From Eledone cirrhosa (lineage: Eukaryota), in assembly GCA_964016885.1 (NCBI GenBank), contig OZ024742.1, positions 24,614,001 to 24,678,000 on the forward strand: a DNA stretch of 64,000 bases. Direction: 5' to 3'. Below, one piece after another: positions 17,070 to 29,955 of this stretch (position 1 is its first letter; each line of letters starts with the position of its first letter). The translations under genes were made by a program, and so were the position numbers. The notes beneath the pieces are model-generated. The model searched no databases and was not told the origin of the DNA. It was given only the letters and a program-made list of their open reading frames with translations.

Positions 17070-17411
17070 TCATCATCATCATCATCATTTTACGTCCGCT
17101 TTTCCTTGCTTGCAAGGGTGGGACGGGAACTGTTTCCGGCTTGATTTCTACAGCTGGATGCCCTTCCTAACACCAACCTCATTTACAGTGAGTGCTGGGT
17201 GCTTTTTTGCCGTGGCATCTCCACGACCACTTTGCAGTGGAATGATAGGGACCTCAGTCCCTATCATCTCATTTCTACAGCTGAGTAAACTGGAGCAATG
17301 TGAAATAAAGTATCTTGCTCAAGGAAACAACACATCACCCGGTCTGAGAATTGAACTCACAACCTTTCGATTGCAAGGCCAATGCTCTAACCACTAAGCC
17401 ATGTGCCTCCA
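17070..17411 (-). mobile_element. tRNA-derived CORE-type SINE (family 1), full length
   Basis: A box TGGCTTAGTGG, B box GAGTTCAATTC, CORE-like CCTTGAGCAAGA.ACTT, RTE-derived 3' part and (TGA)n tail. Confidence 0.9.
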
Positions 17412-17452
17412 TATATATATATACATATATTATTATTATTATTATTAAGACT

Positions 17453-17625
17453 AGGGCAGTTGTTTGGTAGTATTGGTAGAGCGTCGGACACCATGCTTTG
17501 CAGCATAGAGTTGCGGCCCTTTACGGTCTGAGTTCAAATCACGCCAAGTTTAACTTTGCCTTTCATCCTCTCGGGGTCGATAAAATAAAGTACCAGTCAC
17601 ACACTGGATTCGATTTAATTGACTC
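17453..17625 (+). mobile_element. tRNA-derived SINE family 2 (Meta-domain-like centre)
   Basis: A box, B box GAGTTCAAATC, then AACTTTGCCTTTCATCCT..CGGGGTCGATAAAATAAAGTACCAG. Confidence 0.85.
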
Positions 17626-18481
17626 TATCTTCTCTGGAGTTTCACCTCTTTATCACATATGTGTGAGTGTGTGCTCTCTCTCTCTCTATATATATGTCTG
17701 TGTGTGTGTGTGTGTGTGTTCTCCCTCCCCCTCTCTCTGTCTATATATGTGAAGGGATGTATAACCTCAATTTGAAATTGAGCTGATCTGACATTATTAT
17801 ATTCACCTGACAGACAATCAGAATAATTAATAAAGCAGCAAGTCTTCTCTATCGGAATTCTGACATAACATTCTATTTCCTTATCACTACTAATATATTT
17901 ATATTACACCTCTTTCTCTGCATAGGCATACATACATACGCACACACATATGTATGCTCACACACATACATACGCACATACTTACATGCATATACACACA
18001 TATATACACACTTATACATCCATACACACATAAATACACTTACACATACATACATACAGACAGACACACACATACATATACACACACTCACACACACACA
18101 CATTCAGTCACACATACATACACACATACATAGATACATACATACATACATGCATACATATATATATGCATACATGCATATAGATTCTTTTTATTATGTT
18201 CTTTTATTATTTTGCTTCTTTCAGTCAGTTGACAATGGTCAAGCTGTAGCACTTCCTTTATTTAATTGATTATATTGACCCCAGTACTAATTTTTAAAAA
18301 CCTGGTACTGATTTTATCGATCTTGTTTTGTTGGACCACTAGGTTACAGGACATAAATAAAAACAGATATTAATGTAAACATAGACACACACACACACAA
18401 ACATATATATTCATATACATGCTTATATATTATATACATATATATATCTATACATATATATATATATATCTATACATATAC

Positions 18482-18512
<31 letters not shown>

Positions 18513-18799
18513 TATATATACATATATAACAGGCTTCTCCAGGTTCCATCTACCAAATTCAACTCACAGCATGTTAGTCCACCCAAGTCTGTACTGGAGG
18601 ACACTTATCCAAGGTGCTGTGTAATAGGTCTGACCCCAGAACTTCTAAGCTACTTAGCCATGCCTGCATTAAACTAATACATTTCTTCCGTGTACTGTGC
18701 TGTTTGTTTTGTTGTTTTTGTTATTTCTGTTTACCTTTTACATACGTACATACATATATATATATATATACACACATAGGTGATAACATTTTACCTTGC

Positions 18800-19196
18800 C
18801 CATTTGCACCTCTCAAGGGCAATGACACAGGACTGAGACCTCTGGCGTTGCACAGTAGTACAGAAGACCCAGCTTCCCACGGGTACAGGCCGAAGCTGAA
18901 GCATATAGACTGTATGCCTCCACCACCTCCCACTGAGGAGTGGTCGTTTCGGTGTCACAACAGAAATCACCCAGTCCACACTGTAAAGTGACCGGATAGA
19001 CGCCACGGTAAAAAAGCACCCAGTCCTCACTGTGAATGAGGTTGGTGTTAGGAAGATGATCCAGCTGTAGAAATCAAGCCAAACTCAGTTCCCGAATGAG
19101 CAAGACATGATCACCTGACCTGGCATTGCCCACAATAGGACAACCCGTCTAACCCATGCTAGCGTGGAAGAATGTATGTAAAACGGTGATGATGAT
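18800..19196 (+). mobile_element. RTE family B 3' fragment
   Basis: Homologous to 35940-36340 (ORF end, 3' UTR, TGA tail). Confidence 0.85.
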
Positions 19197-19385
19197 ACAT
19201 ACACTCTGACACATGTTCTGCGAAATGTGCGTAACAGGTCGATACACAATAAAAAAACTGACTGTTATCAAAACTTTGTTTTTCTTTTCATATATATATA
19301 TAATGTAGGAGGTGAGTTTTATTGTAGCACAACAAAGCAATGCAAAAATCGGATAAGTAGCACTCAACAGTATATAGGCCTGGAG

Positions 19386-19683
19386 TATAAATAATATAAA
19401 ATCAAAAGATGGTTAAAAGAGTTCCATGTATTTTATTATGCGCATTTCAAAAACAAATATCATCATGGGATGATATTTGCGTTCTCATCAGATAAAATAG
19501 GGAGACATGATATGAAGCTTAAAAAACACTTGCGAGCAGTGAAGTGCTAAGCTTCATATCATGTCTCCCTATTTTATCTGATGAGAACGCAAATATCACC
19601 CCATGATGATATTTGTTTTTGAAATGCGCATAATAAAATACATGGAACTCTTTTAACCATCTTTTGATTTTATATTATTTATA
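19386..19683. repeat. Long fold-back inverted repeat carrying two HHR copies (Penelope-like pLTR-type remnant)
   Basis: Arms 19386-19521 and 19548-19683 are ~136 bp with about one mismatch; 26-bp spacer. Confidence 0.92.
19570..19640 (+). ncRNA. Minimal type I hammerhead ribozyme (mirror copy on - strand at 19429-19499)
   Basis: Stem I UAUUUUAU/AUAAAAUA, CUGAUGA 19578-19584, 14-bp stem II, GAAA 19621-19624, palindromic stem III AUGCGCAU, triplet AUA (cut after 19632). Confidence 0.85.
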
Positions 19684-19692
19684 TATATATAT

Positions 19693-19727
<35 letters not shown>

Positions 19728-20375
19728 TTTACGTCCACTTTTCCCTGCTTGCAAGGGTGGGACGGGTCTTATTCAGCACAGCATCTCTCCACTCGTCACG
19801 GTCCCTCGTCATCTCCACCGTGAGCTTCAATGATCTGAGGTCTGTTCTCACCACCTCCGCCCATGTTTTTCGTGGTCTACCTCTACCACGTCTTCCTTCA
19901 ACTGGCATTTCCTGGCACTTCTTCACCCATCGGTCATCCTCCATGCGCATAACATGTCCATACCACCTCAGTCTCCTCTCCCGTACACTACATTCTATCC
20001 CTCTCAGACACAGTTTCTCTCTCAACACATTTATGCTGGGTCGTTCACGCACATTTACCCTGCACATCTAACGGAGCATGCTTGCCTCATTTCTCTCCAG
20101 CCGTCGCACATCCTCTGCAGTTGCTGCCCATGTCTCGCTACCATGCAGCATCGCGCTCCTCACACAGGCATCATACAACCGGCCTTTCGTATGCAGGGAG
20201 AAACCCTTCTTCCTCAACAGAGGAAGCAGCTCCCTAAACTTCTTCCAACCCGTCCTTATTCTAGATACTATGGCCTCGGAACACCCTCCTCCCATGCTAA
20301 TCTGATCTCCTAGGTACCGGAAGCTATCCACCACTTCTATAGCGCCCTCTTGCATTTGAAAAATGTGTCTATCAG
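19693..20375 (-). mobile_element. RTE family C, 5'-truncated
   Basis: ORFs 20068-20472 and 19729-20067 (FRYLG, MLHGSETW, RRLRWYGHV). The stop codon lies directly before the (TGA)n tail. Confidence 0.9.
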
Positions 20376-20974
20376 TGCGACTTCTACTGTCTATATATAT
20401 GAAAACAATGATGATGGTCATCATTAAAATAAAACATAACGTAATGAGGCTGTTTCCTAGCAAACAAATCAAATATTATTATTCGATATAAAACTCATAA
20501 ACATGTATGTTTGTGTATATATGTTTATATATATATATATATATGTATGCTTTTGGACCTCTGTTAGTTTCAACAAATGCTTTAGTTGTTTCATTAATTG
20601 GTTGACCTGCTCAGGAGGAGATTAACATGCAAGAGAATTATCATTTCATAGACATGTGTAACCTTAACATAGTCCTCAGGGAGATCCAGTATGACATGAT
20701 AAGTGACAAGTCTGGCCCTTTAATTAGCCATTCAAATCATTTTTGACAGCTTATTAGATTGGAGCAACATGAAATAAAGTGTCTTGCTCAAGGACACATC
20801 ACATCTCTGGGGATCAATCCTTTGACTTTATGATTGTAGAGCTTACCAACCTAACACCTAAACCGCACAAGCATATGCACATATATTTGTGCATAAATAT
20901 ATATGTATATACATAAATATATATATATAGATATACATATACATAAATATATATATACATATACATAAATATAC

Positions 20975-21119
<145 letters not shown>

Positions 21120-22089
21120 TATATATTTATACATATACATAAATATACATGTACACTTGTTCATATGTGTATATGTGTATATATTATATACAGACATGTA
21201 AATAAAATATTTAGCCACAATATCATACATATACATGGAAAAGAGACATTCAGATATATATATATATATATATGTATGTGTATGCACACATAAATACACA
21301 TACATATGTTATCATATTAACACTGGAAACCTTACACTGTGAACTTTACTCACACATGCACATACATACCCACACATACATATATACAAGTATATATATA
21401 CTCACCTATATATACTGTTGGAAATTATAGAACTGATAAGCTTTGATTTCTTCACTTTGCTAATTCCATTTCATGTAGTTTATCTTTGAGGCAGCAATAC
21501 GTGTGAATGTCTAGTTCGATTACACCTTCCTCACCCTTCCTATACAATCTGCTTGGTGTATGGCTGTGATTTCATTCTCCAGATTATAATACCATTTACA
21601 CAGAGCTTCTTCATTTACTCAATATACTTCTACTGTATATTGAATAATTATTCTACAATTCTTGCTGTCTCTGAAAACATATCACTATCATCATCATCAT
21701 TCTCATCATTTTACGTCTGCTTTCCAAACTGGTATGTATTGGTTGTGTTGTCATGTTCTGAAACTAGAAACATTGATGTGACCAATCTTACTCATTATGT
21801 TCTATATTTGGCATACCTTCTATGGCTGGATGCCCGTCCTATAGCTAATTCTCTCAAAGGGTGTATTTTCCTGAAACAAGCACTACCATATTACAGAGTC
21901 GACTCGGTGCATTTTATTGTAGCATTAACCCATTACAAGGTGTACTAACCACATTTTATTTTATCCCCCAACACTATTGAGATTATCACATGTTAGACCA
22001 AACAGAAGTGTCCTGTTAAACCCTACATTACCAACTTCTGGCAGAAATAATAAGCCTTCAAAATTCTTCGTTAATTAATTGATAGGCGC

Positions 22090-22255
22090 AATGAAGGCAC
22101 ATAGCTTAGTGGTTAGAGCATTGGGCTTGCAATCGAAAGGTTGTGAGTTCAATTCTCGGACTGGGTGATGTGTTGTTTCCTTGAGCAAGACACTTTATTT
22201 CACGTTGCTCCAGTTTACTCAGCTGTAGAAATGAGATGATAGGACTGGGTTCCCT
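22090..22255 (+). mobile_element. SINE family 1 head plus CORE, lacking the RTE tail
   Basis: Matches 36389-36555. More diverged copies at ~20730-20875 (-) and ~52825-52950 (+). Confidence 0.85.
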
Positions 22256-22521
22256 ATAATTAAATCACCCAAGACACCTCCAACGAGATATACCTTGGAG
22301 GAGGCCAGCTAAACCTGAATAGGTGTGAGCTGTAACAACAACATTAATTAATTGAAAGTGTTAAATAATTTCAAGATTGTAAATACTTTCATCATTGTAT
22401 ATTTCTGTTTGACAATAACTTCATTGTTTTGTCATTTGAATATATGATGTGGTCTGTGAGAAGGCTTAAGTTAAACACCTATTTCATGGAAATAGTATAG
22501 GTTATAGTGTGTAATTTCTTG

Positions 22522-23060
22522 CAGGGTTGGATTTAAACCTTGCAGGGCCTGGGGCACTTCAGGTTTAGGGGGCCCCCTCATCATCATCATCATCATCATT
22601 TTACGTCCGCTTTTCCCTGCTTGCAAGGGTGGGATGTGTCCTATTCAGCACAGCGTTTCTCCAATAGTCACTGTCCTTCGTCATCTCCTCCATGAGCTTC
22701 AGCCATCTGAGGTCTGCTCTCACCACGTCCGCCCATGTTTTTCGTGGTCTTCCTCTACTGTGTCTTCTTTCTACTGGGATTTCTTGGCACATCTTTAACC
22801 AGCAGTCATCCTCCATGCACATCACATGTCCATACCAGCTCAGTCTTCTCTCCTGCACACCACAACTTATCCCCCTTATACCCAGTATCACTCTCAAATC
22901 TCAACTCATCTATGCTCATACACAAAAAATTAGAATACACAGTAAACCCCTAATTTTACATATCAAAGTTAACTTAGCACAAGTAATTTGAATTGAAAAT
23001 TTATACATGTATGGGGCCTGGGGTTACTGCTGCCTTTGCCCTCCATTAACTCCAGCCCTG
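22522..23060. mobile_element. hAT-type MITE interrupted by an RTE
   Basis: Ends CAGGGTTGGA...TCCAGCCCTG; 8-bp TSD ATTTCTTG/ATTTCCTG; internal homology to 31489-31803. Confidence 0.75.
22579..22885 (-). mobile_element. RTE family C 3' fragment nested in the hAT MITE
   Basis: ORF 22601-22897 ends [14 protein letters not shown]; (TGA)n tail. Confidence 0.88.
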
Positions 23061-23282
23061 ATTTCCTGATTCAATGAGATGAACTGAGGCAAAGTGTACT
23101 AGATAAGTCAGTTGTATCGAAGAGATGTCAAGCTCCCTAGTGGTTGGGCACCCAGAACACTTTGTTGATGTAAGCAAAGTGTAGGCTCCCATCTTGTTTC
23201 TGAGATCAGTAGCTCTGATTAAATAGTGTCTTGGTCTGTGACAACCCATCCAACCCTTGAAAGCAGGAAGAATAGACGTTAA

Positions 23283-23588
23283 CCCTTTAGCATTTACATT
23301 ACTCTATATATACTACTACATTTTCATTGTAGACACTTTATTTCACAACTTTGCCTTTCATCCTTACGGGGTCGATAAAATAAAGTACCAGTAATGCTCT
23401 GGGTAATTGCTGGCCTTGTGCCAAAAGTAGAAACAATTATCTCACATAAATCGAATCTATGAGATTTTGATATTATTTATTTTGAGAACAATACCTTAAC
23501 ATATGTATGAGCAGCCAGTTATGACTGGTTTGAACAGAAAGAGGTGAAAGACCTTTGACTATATATGGCCAGTTTAAATGCTAAAGGG
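23283..23588. mobile_element. piggyBac-type MITE containing a SINE family 2 fragment (23345-23440), inserted in the TTAA of an RTE tail
   Basis: TTAA-CCCTTTAGCATTTA ... TAAATGCTAAAGGG-TTAA. The flanks rejoin as GACGTTAAATGATGATGAT. Confidence 0.85.
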
Positions 23589-25414
23589 TTAAATGATGAT
23601 GATGATGTCTTAAGTGACTAATATTCTCCATATTTTTGTTGATACTTTGTATTTTCCAATGTTCTCACTTCCATTCATGTGTTGCTGTTTCAGCAATCTT
23701 TAATTAATGATTATTAATACTTTGCTAAAATGTAATCTTTGACCTGTTGTAATAAATGAAGCTGAATATATCTATAGTAACATGTGACAAACTACTGTTG
23801 CCTGTCACTTTTAAATTATCACCCTTCTTTCTCCTACATTTAAACCTCAGCTCACCAGAAGGAGCCTAAAGAATCTCTCAACAGACATACACATTGTCAA
23901 CAGATATCTGTAATTAGGATGTGTCAATATAGTTTCTCTTTGAAAACACCTAATAAGTCATTGTACATGTCAATAATATATACCCTTAACCTCTCTAAGG
24001 ATAAAATAATATATACCACTCTCTCTAGGGTTGAAATATTATCCTACAAAATCCTGCAAGCTGGTTGATGATAGGGAAGGCATCCAGCTGTAGAAAACTT
24101 GCCAAAAAAGGATTGAGAGGACTTTTCTGATTTGTCAAATATATGTTGATGACATGAAAATTCATCCAGTTCACCCTGTAAAGTGGTTGGTGATAGAAAG
24201 GGCTTTTACATGTAGAAACCATGCCAAAAGGGGATTGGATGGACTCATCATTATGATAATAATGAAATTATTGTGTCAGTGCTCAGGTGCACTACAACTC
24301 ATCAAAGGTGCATGTATAGTACATAGAATAATGTACAAATGTCAGGAAAATGAACTGTACGAGTCATGAAATACATGTGTGCATGTGTATGGAGGGGGGA
24401 TATCAGGTATAGTGTTGGCGAATCTCAGGAAGCATGGAGGTTTTAAAAGATGCAGTGTCTTGACAGCTAACAACTGATGCAGGTAGTTTGTTCCATGCTT
24501 CAGCAACTCTGAGTGTGAAAAAATGTTTCCAAAAGTCATGTTTTCTGACTTTATCATCATTGTCATTTAACGACCATTTTCCACACTAGCATGGGTTAGA
24601 CAGGTCGTCCCATTTGCGGCAAGTTGGGCCAGGTGACAGTGTCTTACTCATATAGGACTCAGTTGTGTCAAATACATAACCTCTCTAATGTTGGTGATAT
24701 GGAAAATACACTCAGTATATTTATAAAGTGGTTGGTGATAGGGCGGGCATGCATCTGTAGAAAACTTGCCAAGATCTGTAGAATGTTGGAAAGTATGTGA
24801 GCTAGATGTGGAATCTGGGCCCATTTGTGGGGTCAGTTGCTCCAGTTAAATACTGACATGGCTGGTAAAAACCTTTCCAAGCACTTGTTAGCAGGGAGAA
24901 TGAATGATGATAATGATGATGATCAATGTAAGCTATCAAAGAGATTAACTTTTTTTTCCTCTGATAAACTTCTCAACACAACAATAACCAATGTTTCACT
25001 AATTAAAAAACCAACAAACATACAACCAAAACTACAGAATTACAGTCTATTGAGTCACTGAATAACAAAAAAATAAAATAAATAAAAATAATAATAATAA
25101 TAAATAAAAACAAAAATAAAAAAAAAGACTAACACTTTATTAAGATACAAATTAACAAAATATTTAGATTAATCAAATTATACATTTTATACTATTACAA
25201 TAAAGAACAACAGTTGCAGACAAGTTATATTTTCAATTTTTAACATAAATATTTATGAGATATTTCATTGAATTTAACAGAATTTTGAGAGTTCTCTTAA
25301 TTTATTCATTTTTTTTTATTTAATTACATGCAAATAGTTTTCTTATTGACGTATTATGTCTGTTAGCAATAATGGTAGATTAGCTAATCTAAATCTGTTG
25401 ACTTTGTTAGGGCC

Positions 25415-25445
<31 letters not shown>

Positions 25446-26960
25446 ATCGTTATTGTTATTGTTATTAATATTCTTATTTATTCCATCAAAATTTCTACTG
25501 AAATTGTGCTCTTAATTTATACTTTATAATGATTTTTAACATACGGATGTGTGTGTGTGTGTGTGTGTGTGTTTTTGTGTGTGTGTATAGGAATTAAAGG
25601 TGGAATTTTATGAGTTAAAAACAATATATTCTTTGCTTAATGCTTCTGATGTTTAATGCATATGATCAATACTATCTCATTTTAAAATGTATATCATCAT
25701 AATTATTTTATGTCTGCTTTCCATGCTAGCCTGGTTCAAGCTCAAGTCAGATCTTAGAGGCGCCAGAGAGTCATATCAGGATCATACATTATATTTTTAG
25801 CATAATGTCCATGACTAGATACTCTTTCTAACATCAGCCATTTTACACTGTAAATATTTAATATATGTATGTGTAGGTGTAAATGTGGTTGGTGTTAGGA
25901 AGGGCATCCAGCCGTAGAAAACCTGCCAGATAGTCCTATACGAGCGAGACATGGTCACCCGACCAATCTTGTCTCAAGTGGGACAATTCCCGTCTAACCC
26001 ATGCTAGCGTGGAAGATAGATGATGGTGATGAATGCACCCAGTACACTCTGTAAACTGGTTGATGAAAGGAAGGGTATTCAACCGGAGAAATAATGCCAA
26101 AGCATACACACACACTCAGTGATTGGTGACAACACTTCAAGCCAGCTTCTGAGTAATGGCTGATTGAAGCTTCAGGATTCACCAATGTCGCTTTTTACCC
26201 CAATGAGAATTATGGTCATACAACATTACATTGGTGCTAGTGTCCAGGGTCCCTGATCCTCAGAAATGAGGAAGGAGAGAGACCAGACCAGCCACAATAA
26301 AATACCTCCAGAATTGTATCATATGAAATCTAAAACTAAATGAATGTATCAATAATGATAAAATACACATCATCCAATATGTGTTTCCTTTTAAAAGGAG
26401 ATAGGTCGTATGATTTGAGAAAGATTTAGCTTTTTATTCCAGTGAATCAAGCAAATATATACTGGCTCATTGTTGATTGTTTTGTTATTGTTGCTTTTCC
26501 CATAAGTAGTCTCTGGAAGGACAGATCTTTGTGAAGAAAAATGATCTCGATGTAACATTACTGTTATTTATATTGGAATTAATGTGTCTAGACCTACCTT
26601 ATCCAATGTAATTCCCATTTTAAGATGGCAGTGTGGAATTTGAGTTGTAGATATAGCTGCTATTTTCAAAACATGAAGCAATTATGTAGAAGCTGCCTCA
26701 ATAGCTCCTTGTTGTTGTTGCAGTTGGTGATGGTATAATGTGCATGGGCGAATTTTATAGTTATGCTACATTAATTTGCACATGGCAATCTTCTTCTTGA
26801 GTCATCTGATGCCTTTAGGCAAAGTTTGACAAAGTTTGAGCTCCAAAGTCGTCAGTCAAGTAATATGTATGCCTTTTTTTTGTATTTGTTGAGTAAATTT
26901 TGTATTTGTTGTGACAGTATCCAGCTTTGAATAAATAAACTATGTCTCTGCATGTTTTAA

Positions 26961-27165
26961 CCCTTTAGCATTTAGACCGGCCATATCCGGCCAGAATGCT
27001 TTCACCTCTTTCTTTTCAAACCTGCCTTAACTGGCTGCTCATACTTATGTTAAGGTATTGTTTTAAAAATAAATATCAAAATCTCATATATTCGATATTA
27101 TGTGAGATAATGCCTTTACCACAAAAATACAATAGTGTGTATAGAGTAATGTAAATGTTAAAGAG
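26961..27165. mobile_element. piggyBac-type MITE
   Basis: TTAA flanks; same TIRs and body as 13000-13219. Confidence 0.85.
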
Positions 27166-27392
27166 TTAAAAGGGGACTAAAAGCATTGGCCTTATGAAGG
27201 GCATCTATCCAGAAAATATTGCTGCATTACCTCATGATAATATATGTGGAGTAGTGTCAAAAGTTCCCCTGGGGAAATCCTCAAACCCTTCATCAAGATT
27301 AAAGTTTATTGTTTTGGCATACTCCTTTCTTCAATTTTCTGTTAATTAATCCTGATAACATCCAGAAGAATTAATGTGGTGTGGTAAATAAA

Positions 27393-27742
27393 TCATCATC
27401 ATCAACATCACCATTTTATGCCCGTTCTTCCACGCTAGCATAGGTTAGATGGGTTGTCCTGTTGTGGGCAGTGTCCGGTCGGCTGACCATGTCTTGTTCG
27501 TACGGGAACTGATTCTGGCTTGATTTCTACAGATAGATGCCCTTCCTAACACCAACGTCATTTACAGTGAGTGCTGGGTGCTTTTTTTCTGTGGCGCCTA
27601 CACGTCCACTTTACAGTGAGGGCTGGGTGCTTTTTTGCTGTGGCACCTCCACAACCACTTTGCAGTGGGAGGGTGTGGGGCATATTTTCTATATGATTCA
27701 GCTTCGGCTTGTACCTGTGGGGGGGTCGGGTATTCTGTATTA
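27393..27742 (-). mobile_element. RTE family B 3' fragment
   Basis: Reverse complement of ~36003-36340. Confidence 0.85.
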
Positions 27743-27762
27743 CATATATATATATATATATA

Positions 27763-28111
27763 TCATCATCATTCATCATCATTTCATTTTACGTCCGCTT
27801 TTTCCCTGCTTGCAAGGGTGGAACGGGAACTGATTTTGGCTTGATTTCTACAGCTGGATGCCCTTCCTAACACCAACATCATTTACAGTGAGTGCTGGGT
27901 GCTTTTTTGCCATGGCGCCTGCACGACCACTTTGCAGTGGAATGATAGGGAACCCAGTCCCTATCATCTCATTTCTACAGCTGAGTAATCTGGAGCAATG
28001 TGAAATAAAGTGTCTTGCTCAAGGAAACAACACATCACCCGGTCTGAGAATTGAACTCACAACCTTTCGATTGCAAGGCCAATGCTCTAACCACTAAGCC
28101 ATGTGCCTCCA
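27763..28111 (-). mobile_element. CORE-type SINE family 1, full length
   Basis: Near-identical to 17070-17411. An internally deleted copy lies at 28862-29052. Confidence 0.9.
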
Positions 28112-28728
28112 TATATATATACATATATACCAGGTCCGAACACATGGGAACCAAAATGCCAATGTCTCTGCCTCAGTCTCTCCTACTCTCCACATCTCTC
28201 TCTTCTACAGAAGATGGTGATGGGAGACATACTGGAAGAGCCATTCCAGCTTGCAAGGCTCACACCTGTGGGTAGCCAACTCTGTGCTAATGGTGATTAG
28301 GGTCGTGGTCTTAGAGGCAGGACACGAAAAGTCTCCATTGTTTGTAGAACCTGATTGAAACAGAGGAAGAATTTAGTCCACTTATGATGGCATAGTGTCA
28401 AATCTCCTTTGTGGAGATGAGTATTCAAGATTTGAAGCATTGAATATATAGATGATGACAGGGGTGAAGGTACTGAAGAAATTGGACATGTGTTGTGTGT
28501 AGGAACCACAATGGAGAGGGATAATTAATTAATTGCCACTGAAACAATGAATTCAATTCTGATATCCAACTCAGAGAAATTGACGCGCCTGTTGCTAACG
28601 TACAACTATGACATCAATAAATTTCAAATGTGTATATATATGTAGCTGCTTGGTCTCAGGGTGCTCAATATACACACACATATATATATGTGTGAATATA
28701 TATATGTGTATTCATATGTATACATATG

Positions 28729-28769
<41 letters not shown>

Positions 28770-28770
28770 G

Positions 28771-28808
<38 letters not shown>

Positions 28809-28816
28809 CACATATG

Positions 28817-28854
<38 letters not shown>

Positions 28855-29140
28855 CACATATTTCATTTTACATCCGCTTTTCCCTGCTTGCAAGGGTGGG
28901 ACGGGAACTGATTCTGGCTTGATTTCTACAGCTGGATGCCCTTCCTAACACCAACCTCATTTACAGTGAGAGCTGGGTGCTTTTTTGCCGTGGCACCTAC
29001 ACAACCTTTCGATTGCAAAGCCAATGCTCTAACCACTAAGCCACGTGCTTCCATATATATATATATATACATATATATATAATGTATATATATATATATA
29101 TAAATATATATTATATATATATATATATTATATATATATA

Positions 29141-29193
<53 letters not shown>

Positions 29194-29198
29194 ATATA

Positions 29199-29874
29199 TC
29201 ATCATCATCATCATCAACGTTTAACGTCCGTGTTCCACGCTTGCATGGGTTTGGACGGGGGTTTTCCCACTTGAGGCAAGAGTGATTGTCTTGCTCGCAT
29301 AGGACTGTCTGGCAGGTTTTCTACAGTTGGATGCCCTTCCTAACACCAACCACATTTACAGTGTGGGTCTGGGAGGTTTTTACCGTGTTGCCTACACGGC
29401 CACATTACAGCGTGGACTGTGTGTTTTTTTGTCGTGACACCTACACGATCTCATTTGTTTCGGCCTGGATGGTGTGGCACCAACATAACTTTACATAGAA
29501 GGGGGTGGTGTGGATGGGGTGGGGGTGGTGGGACGGGGGTGTATTTTGTTAGAGATGCCTACTGACTGTAGCAGGTTTTACTATGTATTTAGGTAAGGCG
29601 AGTCTTCTTTATTACTGAGTACCGCCAAAGGTCTGGGTCCAGTGACATCATCTTGGAGAGGTGTAAGTGTGTGAGGTCGGAGTTTATCAGCTCGTCCCAG
29701 GTTTTTCTAGGTCTGCCTATTCCGTGGCTACCGTCTATCTTTATTGCCCTGCACTTTGTTATACAGCTATCGACTTTCATGCGCATCACGTGTCCATACC
29801 AACGTAGCCTTCTCTCGAGTAAACAACATCTGATCCCTCTTATTTCTAATTTTTTCCTTAGTTTCTAATTTTTT

Positions 29875-29878
<4 letters not shown>
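29199..29878 (-). mobile_element. RTE family A, 5'-truncated
   Basis: ORF 29589-29789 matches the C-terminus of the 39520-42495 ORF; 3' UTR and tail; (TA)n on both sides. Confidence 0.92.

Positions 29879-29951
<73 letters not shown>

Positions 29952-29955
<4 letters not shown>

Noticed and set aside
28140-28560. Possible minus-strand exon (acceptor-like site near 28351)
   Set aside because: No recognisable protein and no partner exons; may be decayed TE sequence.
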